DNA from: an uncultured Clostridia bacterium
GTDB lineage: Bacteria > Bacillota > Clostridia > Oscillospirales > CAG-272
Assembly (NCBI GenBank): GCA_947626065.1
Contig: CANQQT010000002.1
Location: forward strand, 76,197-140,196
Direction of reading: 5' to 3'
Length of the DNA: 64,000 nt
Position 1 is the first letter of the stretch. Every line of letters starts with the position of its first letter. Shown piece by piece: positions 46,436-53,782 of this stretch. The translations under genes and the position numbers were made by a program. The notes under the pieces are model-generated. The model ran no database searches. It saw nothing but the letters and a program-made list of their open reading frames with translations, and was not told the origin of the DNA.

Positions 46436-48139
46436 TTAACGGATATGCACATACGCAATTGAACTATCGTCGCCACTGCCAAAATTTGTTTCGTTATAAT
46501 CGGAGCATTTTTGAGCTATTTGTTCGAGCTTTTGGCATCGCTCATCAAACGAAAGCTCCGAAATATCTTGAACGAACGCGTCAACAGACCCCACCGTTTC
46601 CCCTACAGCATTTGTTACTCCATCGGAAGAAATAAAGATATCACTCACTTCATGAAAACCAAAGAACGATAGCTGCAAGGCGGTCGAATCATTTTTTAAA
46701 TGCGGCACGGTCAACACTTCATGTCTCAGTACGCCGGAGATTCCGTCGTTCAGAAGGAATCCTCCGCTTGCCCCCGTATTTGTTGCGCGCCGCTTTTTAA
46801 CATAAAAACTACCGTCTCCAAGGGCACCGCAGACAATAAACTTTGCGCACCCGAAAGCAAACTGCAAGGTTGTGGAAAACGCGCTCACATCGACATCTTC
46901 AGTACGCTTAAATTCCTGCGAATTGCGAATTGCTTCTTCCCATTCTTTGTAGAAATCATTGACCAACAAAAATTTTATGTAATACATCAAATCCGCATAT
47001 TCGCTATCCGAAATTTTTTTATAGCCGAATGCTCTCTTCTTGTCAACAATTAATTTATGATTCGTTAAAAACGTTTCGATGCACTTTGACAAACATAGAG
47101 TCGCTTCTTTTGACCCTAATGCAGAATGAATACAGCTTCCCACGCCATCCGCGACAGCAACAAACCAATTATCCTCATCGTATTTTTTTATTAAGGAATA
47201 ATCTTCGCACCCGTTGTGCCCGGGCTTATCCAATCTTCCTTCATAAGATACGGCAAACAATTGAGCGCGATCGCAGGTTTCCTTTCGTGAAGCTTCACGT
47301 ACAAGAAAACTTTTGCTGCGGAATTTTTTCAAAGTATCTTCCCAATAACCAATGTTGAAAGATCCGTAATTTTTAGTAAATACAAGCCATATGAGTTCAA
47401 AAATTTTAGCGCTGCCGACGCCGTTCAAATTTCCCATCGCCGCTTGAATGTTCTCTCTTTTTTGTTCGCGTAAAATTTTATCGACCGTTTTTTCAAGTTC
47501 CGATGCAACGCCTCTTCCGCGAATGTCTTTGACAACCCTTATCATGTTTCCGGCTTCGCATTCAAATCTTCCCATTGGCGTTTTATCATAATCAGCAAAT
47601 GCATTTTTCCACACGTCCTGTGGATATTTGCCGCCGGACATGATATAGAAAAGCAAATATGCCAAGAGATAATTATTGCTATCCGACACGAAGGAAGGGA
47701 TATCTTGATATTTAAATTCCTTCATAAATGGTAGCTTTTCATAAAAAATTTGGTTGTTTAACTGCGGAAAAATATTTTCTTCGTTCTCATTCAAATAATC
47801 GCATACCCGCAAAGCCAAGATTATCCGCTGATCATAACCCGTTTCCTCCAAACAAACATCTGTTTCCCTCTCTGAAATATCGGCCGCATCGCTTTTCTCC
47901 TCATCGCAAAGTCCCGCTTGCGCAGACGCCTCCCCTTCGCGAAGCTTGATCTCTTGCAAAACAGCAACGTCGCTTTTCAATGGTACTTCTACTTTTGAAG
48001 CTTTTTGTTCTTCTTTATGCATATTAACCGGTGCTTTCTCTGTGTTTTCCATTCTATATACCTCATTAGAAGCTGACAATAAAAGGGTTATGAGAAGAGC
48101 CATTATGCCGAAAAGCATCTTCCAACTGCCCCAACACAC
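46436..48139 (-). CDS. PP2C-family Ser/Thr phosphatase with ~290-aa unknown N-terminal region
   Basis: CEDYSL, VAVADGVGS, SSDGVTN and GSGDDSSIA are PP2C metal-site motifs in the C-terminal half. The start is ambiguous: TTG 48139, ATG 48118 (gives a hydrophobic anchor MLFGIMALLITLLL), or ATG 48052 (best ribosome-binding site, GAGGT). Confidence 0.85.
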   Translation of the reverse strand: MCWGSWKMLFGIMALLITLLLSASNEVYRMENTEKAPVNMHKEEQKASKVEVPLKSDVAVLQEIKLREGEASAQAGLCDEEKSDAADISERETDVCLEETGYDQRIILALRVCDYLNENEENIFPQLNNQIFYEKLPFMKEFKYQDIPSFVSDSNNYLLAYLLFYIMSGGKYPQDVWKNAFADYDKTPMGRFECEAGNMIRVVKDIRGRGVASELEKTVDKILREQKRENIQAAMGNLNGVGSAKIFELIWLVFTKNYGSFNIGYWEDTLKKFRSKSFLVREASRKETCDRAQLFAVSYEGRLDKPGHNGCEDYSLIKKYDEDNWFVAVADGVGSCIHSALGSKEATLCLSKCIETFLTNHKLIVDKKRAFGYKKISDSEYADLMYYIKFLLVNDFYKEWEEAIRNSQEFKRTEDVDVSAFSTTLQFAFGCAKFIVCGALGDGSFYVKKRRATNTGASGGFLLNDGISGVLRHEVLTVPHLKNDSTALQLSFFGFHEVSDIFISSDGVTNAVGETVGSVDAFVQDISELSFDERCQKLEQIAQKCSDYNETNFGSGDDSSIAYVHIR

Positions 48140-48245
48140 AACTGTATGATGATAAATCTATCAAAAACAGGTAGCTCGAACGCAAACCCACTATAAAGAA
48201 CAGGGAGAATCGCAGAACGACTCTCCCCACTCCACGTTAAATTAC

Positions 48246-48893
48246 TTAGCCAACCGAAAGATTAAGCGTAGCCGATTTGAGAATATTGATAAAATTCTCC
48301 GTATATTGATCAGAGCAATCATAGTACGCCGAAATACCTTTGCCCTCCATTTTAGCCGAAACTTTCCCAAATTTTTTAAGAGAATTACGGCCTTCTTCGT
48401 TGACATTCATTCCGATAGCGACGCGAAGAGCACGGCGGAAGGCTTCCACTTCTTTGCTACCGCCTTTTACAGCGCATTCCATAACCTCATCAAATGTCGG
48501 ATTGGTACCGTTGGGCTCACCGTCCGAAATTAAAATGATGGCAGGAGGTAAGGCGTCGGGATCTTTATCCCCTCGGGCACCACCTTGAATATCCTGGATA
48601 ACAGCCTGAATTGCCGCCCCGGTAGGAGTCCCACCAGCAAATGACTCCGCGGTTAAAGGTGCCCACTGTTGGGACAAGCTTTCCAAATCAGTCTCCGGAA
48701 TAATCACCTTTATGGTATCGGCACCGGCAAAGCCCAAAACCTCAAACTTGATCTTCATATTGGCGTCTTTATCGCGGATGATATCTGGTACGACCTTTTT
48801 CATAACCTCCTCCATGGCGGTATTAACTGCATCACCCCGCTTTCCATACATCGAGCCCGAGCAATCGATCAAAAAATACACTGTCTTGTTCAT
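48246..48893 (-). CDS. TerY-like vWA protein, paralog 1
   Basis: MNKTVYFLIDCSGSMYGKRGDAVN (DxSxS MIDAS) and ILISDGEPNG; 215 aa, the size and layout of TerY. Confidence 0.88.
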   Translation of the reverse strand: MNKTVYFLIDCSGSMYGKRGDAVNTAMEEVMKKVVPDIIRDKDANMKIKFEVLGFAGADTIKVIIPETDLESLSQQWAPLTAESFAGGTPTGAAIQAVIQDIQGGARGDKDPDALPPAIILISDGEPNGTNPTFDEVMECAVKGGSKEVEAFRRALRVAIGMNVNEEGRNSLKKFGKVSAKMEGKGISAYYDCSDQYTENFINILKSATLNLSVG

Positions 48894-48955
48894 AATTTTT
48901 TCTCCTTAAGATTTTAGGCGTCTCCGCCTTAATTTACAATTTAATTTTTAAACGA
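48853..48955. repeat. 103-bp perfect direct repeat, copy A (first 41 nt of vWA paralog 1 plus 62 nt of 5' leader)
   Basis: Read base by base and identical to 49747-49849: gagcccgagcaatcgatcaaaaaatacactgtcttgttcataattttttctccttaagattttaggcgtctccgccttaatttacaatttaatttttaaacga. Confidence 0.9.
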
Positions 48956-49036
48956 TGCAAAAATGCATCTTAATCGCAAGCACCCGTTTACCAGTCCGTA
49001 AAACTCGGATGAAACGAAGGCGGATCTATGATTTCG

Positions 49037-49139
49037 CACATTGAGTCACGAAGCGCATCCGATTGCGCAGGGAGATCGTAGTATGCCGAAAGTCCAAAAT
49101 TCTCCATTGCTTTGGGAATCCTTCCATTTTTTAAGAGAG
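49037..49139 (-). pseudogene. degenerate duplicate of the 3' coding end of a TerY-like vWA gene
   Basis: cacattgagtcacgaagcgcatccgattgcgcagggagatcgtagtatgccgaaag...ttttttaagagag aligns with 49156-49278 inside paralog 2. The paralog 2 stop codon (49131-49133) falls inside this duplicate. Confidence 0.6.
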
Positions 49140-49787
49140 CGGAAGTATAACTCGGCACATTAACTCAAAAAGCGCATCTGATTCAAAAAGCGCATCTGAT
49201 TGCGCGGGAAAATCATAGTATGCCGAAAAGCCACATTCCTCCATTACTTTTGAAATCCTTCCAAATTTTTTAAGAGAGTTGTAGCCTTTTTCGTCGACAT
49301 TTATTCCAATAGCAACACGGTCTGCGCGGCGGAAGCTAATCACTTCTTTGATACTGCCTTTTACTGCGCATTCCATAACCTCGTCATATGTTGGATTGCT
49401 GCCAGTGTGTTCCCCGGACGAAATCAAAATAATGAAAGGAGGTAAGGCGTCGGGGTCTATATCTCCGTGCAAACCGCATTCAATATCCTCGATAACCGCT
49501 TGAATTGCCCGTCCGGTAGGAGCCCCACCGGCAAATGACTCATCAGACAAACGGTACCATCTTTGAGGGAAGCTGTCCAAATCAAATTTCGGAATTATCA
49601 CCTTTACGGAATCGGCGCCAGCAAAGCCCAAGACCACAAACTGAATCTTCAAATCGGAAAGTTTCTCCGCTAGGATTTCCGGCACGACCGTTCTCATGAC
49701 CTCTTCCATTAGGGCATTAACCACATCTCCGCGCTTCCCGCGCATTGAGCCCGAGCAATCGATCAAAAAATACACTGTCTTGTTCAT
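49131..49787 (-). CDS. TerY-like vWA protein, paralog 2 (remodelled C-terminus)
   Basis: MNKTVYFLIDCSGSMRGKRGDVVN and ILISSGEHTG. The C-terminus SDALFESDALFELMCRVILPLS arises from a 16-bp internal duplication and read-through into duplicated sequence. Confidence 0.82.
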   Translation of the reverse strand: MNKTVYFLIDCSGSMRGKRGDVVNALMEEVMRTVVPEILAEKLSDLKIQFVVLGFAGADSVKVIIPKFDLDSFPQRWYRLSDESFAGGAPTGRAIQAVIEDIECGLHGDIDPDALPPFIILISSGEHTGSNPTYDEVMECAVKGSIKEVISFRRADRVAIGINVDEKGYNSLKKFGRISKVMEECGFSAYYDFPAQSDALFESDALFELMCRVILPLS

Positions 49788-49849
49788 AATTTTTTCTCCT
49801 TAAGATTTTAGGCGTCTCCGCCTTAATTTACAATTTAATTTTTAAACGA
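49747..49849. repeat. 103-bp perfect direct repeat, copy B (start of vWA paralog 2 plus leader)
   Basis: Identical to 48853-48955. Confidence 0.9.
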
Positions 49850-49897
49850 CAGCAAAAACCTCTTATTCACGATCCTCAGTCTGCCAACACGTCAAAC

Positions 49898-50551
49898 TCA
49901 ATACGGCGAAATGGGGCAAATGAGAGGCACTATGATGTGTGCCATCGATTCAAAAAGCGCCTCTGATTGCGCGGGAAAATCATAGTATGCCGAAAAGCCA
50001 CGTTCCTCCATTACTTTTGAAAGCCTTCCAAATTTCTTAAGAGAATTACGACCTTCTTCGCTGACATTCATTCCGATAGCAACACGAATAGCTCTGCGGA
50101 ATTGGGGTACTTCTTTGCTACCACCTTTTACAGCGCATTCCATAACCTCATCATATGTTGGATTGGTACCGGTGGGTTCCCCATCCGAAATTAAGATAAT
50201 GACAGGAGGTAAGGCGTCGGGGTCTATATCCCCGCGCACGCCGCCTTCAATATCCTGGATAACAGCCTGAATTGCCGCCCCGGTAGGAGCACCGCCGACA
50301 AACACATCGCCGGATATAGGCTTCCACAGCAAGGGGAACTCTTCCACAGAAGCCCGGACTTGCTCCTTTATGGTTCTGTCACCGGAAAAACCCCACACTT
50401 TAAACTTGACATTCAAATCGGGATTTTTCTGTTCAAGGATTTCCGGCACAACTCTTTTCACGACTCCATCCATTAGGGCATTAACCGCTTCTCCACGCCC
50501 CCCGCACATTGCGTCAGAGCAATCAATCAAAAAATAAACGGGTTTGTTCAT
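49898..50551 (-). CDS. TerY-like vWA protein, paralog 3
   Basis: MNKPVYFLIDCSDAMCGGRGEAVN (MIDAS variant DxSxA) and ILISDGEPTG; 217 aa. AAGGAGG ribosome-binding site. Confidence 0.85.
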   Translation of the reverse strand: MNKPVYFLIDCSDAMCGGRGEAVNALMDGVVKRVVPEILEQKNPDLNVKFKVWGFSGDRTIKEQVRASVEEFPLLWKPISGDVFVGGAPTGAAIQAVIQDIEGGVRGDIDPDALPPVIILISDGEPTGTNPTYDEVMECAVKGGSKEVPQFRRAIRVAIGMNVSEEGRNSLKKFGRLSKVMEERGFSAYYDFPAQSEALFESMAHIIVPLICPISPY

Positions 50552-50571
50552 AAGGCTTGTCCTCCTTTGTA

Positions 50572-50615
50572 TTTTGCATGGTAGGGTACTTCTGTCTGAA
50601 TTCTACCATGCAAAA
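50572..50615 (-). promoter_or_regulatory. 13-bp perfect inverted repeat (hairpin or operator) in the 5' leader of vWA paralog 3
   Basis: ttttgcatggtag (50572-50584) and ctaccatgcaaaa (50603-50615) are exact reverse complements separated by 18 nt. They lie between the promoter and the ribosome-binding site. Confidence 0.6.
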
Positions 50616-50670
50616 CGGATTTTAAGGTTCTTATTGGCGCAATCTGTCCATTTATTTGCTTCTGTAGCTC

Positions 50671-50699
50671 ATTATAACACATTAAAATCAAAAAATCAA
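50671..50699 (-). promoter_or_regulatory. strong sigma70-type promoter (extended -10) for the vWA-PP2C-kinase-helicase genes
   Basis: Minus strand reads TTGATT (50699-50694), a 17-nt spacer ending TGT, then TATAAT (50676-50671). Confidence 0.6.
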
Positions 50700-50774
50700 G
50701 CACTTATTGCGCTTTTTTTAAAAAATTTGCAATCTTTTAGGATCTATTGTCTGTTTTGGACATCTTTTGGCGGA

Positions 50775-50962
50775 TATCCCCCCCGTAACACCGGCCAACA
50801 AGCTACGGGGCGAGAACCCAAAGATGGGGCCCTCGGCACGGGAGCTCTTGCAGTATCGCTCTCTCCAGTTGCCGAAGGCCCCGCCAAACGTTGTGTGCGT
50901 CGCCAATCGCTCCCCCTTATTCTGTGCTTCTCCAAGGCATGGAACTCGTCGGGGGGGGGATA
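50775..50962. ncRNA. candidate structured RNA: GC-rich ~190-nt element closed by a 10-bp helix (strand undetermined)
   Basis: TATCCCCCCC (50775-50784) pairs with GGGGGGGATA (50953-50962). An internal 12-bp helix joins 50826-50837 and 50871-50882 (one mismatch) and encloses the hairpin 50840-50845/50858-50863. A further pairing joins 50794-50803 and 50926-50938. No protein-like ORF is present. Confidence 0.3.
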
Positions 50963-51269
50963 AAGTGTGCGCTAAAATCAGGCATTCGAATACTATTTTC
51001 TGCAAATTTTTATCATGGAATCTACTTTTTTGGACCGTCTGCCAGAGGACTTCCGGCGTGTGCATTTCTCAGAACGAGACATTCGCCCGCCGTGCCATTG
51101 ATCGCTTTCGGATGGAGCTGACCATCCTTGTCCGCTTGACACTTGGGGAATTCATCGCATTCATAATGCGCGACGGATATCTCGCTCAGAAAGCCTTTAA
51201 GCAAAAATTGACCGCCGGTAGACGCCTCCCGGCGGTACATAACCGCCATCTGCAAACGGCCATTGCACT

Positions 51270-52304
51270 TTACGGGATTTGATTTTCCAGATACTCAAAG
51301 CATGTTTTCCATTCAGAATATGTGGTGCGGCATCCTATATCCTCATGCAATCCATTTACAAAAGTCTGAATCATGCATTCTTGGATCTGTATAGGAAGTG
51401 CGTTCCATTTTTGGGTCTGAATGAAATAGTCTTCATTTTTTTCAACGGCGTATACGGCATTTCGTTTGTCCGTAGGATGAAAGGCAAACAGCGCCTCAGA
51501 GCCGTATATTATCGGCGCAGCGTCGTCGACCGTCAAATCATTGTCGGTCATATAGCGCTCGGTGGCGGGACCGTCCATGGGATAGGAACCGATGAAAAGC
51601 CGGAAGAAAAAGGTTGCAATGGAAAAATAATCGGACAACCGGTTTTGTTTCCCCGTTATGTAAACCTCCGGAGCAGTATAACCTGTTTTCCCGAGGAGAA
51701 AAAGGGGCTCATCATACCTCACAACACAGATATCATCGGCGTCAACGATAAAAAAGTCTCCGTCGTCCGGGTTAATATATACCTTGTCCTCGTTGAGGTC
51801 ATTGTAGCGCAAGCCCGCCAGGTTAAGCACCTCAAATAACTCCGCAAAATTTTTGCAAAACTTATACAAAATCTTCGCGTCCGGATAATCCTCAGGATGA
51901 TTGATGATCTGTCTCGCCGGCTTATATTTGTCCGAGTCGATTTTATTCATGATGTAGCCAAATCCGCCGCTATTAAGCTCAACCAAATCAAGCGGAAGGG
52001 CATAAAAATGCAGCCAAAGCTTTTCATTCATGTGATGGTTTTCAAGCGAGTCGATCCACACCATGATATTTCTAATATTTCTTTTAATGGTTTCATGACG
52101 GACGCGAAGGTCCGGCGTTGTCACATATTCCCTGAACCAATACGAGTTGCTGTCGCCGTCTTTCGTGGCGTGGAACATTGCGGCAGCGCCGCCGGCGTCC
52201 CGCTTTTCGCCGATAACGTATTCTTTTCCGGAGACCGATCGAACACGGCGGCCGATCATTTGGCCTGATTCGTCAAGTACAGGTGTAAAATCTTCAGGTT
52301 TCAT
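51270..52304 (-). CDS. divergent protein-kinase-fold protein
   Basis: LRYNDLNEDKVYI (catalytic-loop-like D-x4-N region), FIVDADDI (DFG-like) and GYTAPEVY (APE motif); 344 aa. Confidence 0.75.
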   Translation of the reverse strand: MKPEDFTPVLDESGQMIGRRVRSVSGKEYVIGEKRDAGGAAAMFHATKDGDSNSYWFREYVTTPDLRVRHETIKRNIRNIMVWIDSLENHHMNEKLWLHFYALPLDLVELNSGGFGYIMNKIDSDKYKPARQIINHPEDYPDAKILYKFCKNFAELFEVLNLAGLRYNDLNEDKVYINPDDGDFFIVDADDICVVRYDEPLFLLGKTGYTAPEVYITGKQNRLSDYFSIATFFFRLFIGSYPMDGPATERYMTDNDLTVDDAAPIIYGSEALFAFHPTDKRNAVYAVEKNEDYFIQTQKWNALPIQIQECMIQTFVNGLHEDIGCRTTYSEWKTCFEYLENQIP

Positions 52305-52336
52305 ACGATTCCTTCTTCCTTTTTTATTTTAAAATG

Positions 52337-52365
52337 ATTATATCATATAAAAAAGCAAGCCGCAA
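52337..52365 (-). promoter_or_regulatory. sigma70-type promoter (extended -10) upstream of the kinase-like gene
   Basis: Minus strand reads TTGCGG (52365-52360), a 17-nt spacer ending TGA, then TATAAT (52342-52337). Confidence 0.5.
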
Positions 52366-53071
52366 TTCTTTTTCGATTTTTTTCAAATTTTTGCAATAAT
52401 TTTTGATATTCTACTTGCAATGCAACATGATCATTTTGAGTTATTTGTCCTTTTCTTCTGCCTTTTTAGTGAAGTTACTTAAACTTTAAACAATATCGCC
52501 GGAATGCTTTGGCCCTTTTTCCCGCTTTTGATGCATCAATGATTGCGACAAACCCTTTGCACCGGAAGCACCCTTTGGCATCGTTTCGCTTTCCCACCGC
52601 CTTTTTTCTGTTCGAAAAAGCCGTGTGCGCACGCACTTTTGTCGAATGCCGTTTTGAAAATTGTAAATTTTCCGGCACATATTCTTTACCTGTCTTGACA
52701 AAGCGGAGCGAAAGAAATACAATATACTCGCGAGTTACCAAATCAAGGAGCCGGGACAAAAGGGGCGTCAAGGCGACGAAGAAGACAGAAGGTGTAGGGA
52801 TGCAACCGAGCTGCCGGATAAGGAAGCGATTCGAGCGTATCGGGCGGAAGCGGAGGCTCCTTTATGAATTTAACTTTTTCTTCCGGACAAAAAGAAAGCC
52901 GGAGGCAAGTACGTCTCGACCTTCGGCAAGGTAAAACGAATCGACGATTATGAACGTGTTATTCAATTTACGGACAGAAACTCCGTTCCTATGGACGATA
53001 TTCTTGCGCTGGACGGTGAGGTATTCGATATCCTGAAACAAGACGCGGAAGACATATAAAGGAGAAACGAA

Positions 53072-53782
53072 ATGGTACGCACAGTTAAAATGGACGATCA
53101 AACATGGTGCTTTGAGGAGGACGGCGTCCGCTTTTTCCTGCTGACGGGGAGCGACCGCGCCCTGCTCATCGACAGCGGAATGCAGACCCGCAACGCAAAG
53201 GAGCTGGCAGAGGCGCTCACCGATCGACCCCTGTCCCTGCTCAATACCCACGCCGACCCCGACCATATCGGCAGCAATGGCGAGTTTGACGAATTTTACA
53301 TGAGTCCCGCCGAATGCGTCAACTTCTACGGCAAGCAAAAGCGCAATGGAGAGATTCTTCCGGTTTGGGACGGAGATGTGATCGACCTCGGAGGGCGTCC
53401 GCTTCGCGTAATCGCCCTCCCCGGTCATACGCCGGGCAGTATCGCTCTGCTGGACGAGGCAAATCGTCGGCTCTTTTCCGGCGACCCGGTGCAGGACGGC
53501 AGAATCTTTATGTTCGGCGAATGCCGGGAAATGCACGCTTACATACGCAGTCTGCGGCGGCTGGAAGGGCTGACGGGGCTGTTTGACGAAATCTATCCCT
53601 CCCACGGAAGCTGTCCGGTATCGCCCGCGTTGATTCCGCGGCTCATCACGGCGGCGGAGGAAATCCTTGCGGGCAGGGCCAAGGGAACGCAGGAGAATAT
53701 TTTCGGCCAGTCCATCACCGTCTATGACGTGGGCGTTGCCACGTTTTTGTGCGACCGAAAGGACGGGGAGAGTAAAGCATGA
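53072..53782 (+). CDS. MBL-fold metallo-hydrolase
   Basis: LLNTHADPDHIGSNGEF (HxHxDH variant) and ALPGHTPGSIALLD; 236 aa. AAAGGAGA ribosome-binding site. Confidence 0.85.
   Translation: MVRTVKMDDQTWCFEEDGVRFFLLTGSDRALLIDSGMQTRNAKELAEALTDRPLSLLNTHADPDHIGSNGEFDEFYMSPAECVNFYGKQKRNGEILPVWDGDVIDLGGRPLRVIALPGHTPGSIALLDEANRRLFSGDPVQDGRIFMFGECREMHAYIRSLRRLEGLTGLFDEIYPSHGSCPVSPALIPRLITAAEEILAGRAKGTQENIFGQSITVYDVGVATFLCDRKDGESKA

Noticed and set aside
50767-51282. 171-aa ORF across the GC-rich element, plus a short ORF from ATG 51015 (MESTFLDRLPEDFRRVHFSERDIRPPCH). Its continuation in another frame (ARRAIDRFRMELTILVRLTLGEFIAFIMRDGYLAQKAF...) might be a frameshifted recombinase or HTH remnant.
   Set aside because: The first 80 aa are non-protein-like, and I recognise no family for the tail. 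The evidence is insufficient to call a gene or pseudogene, so the region is flagged only as a possible RNA element.
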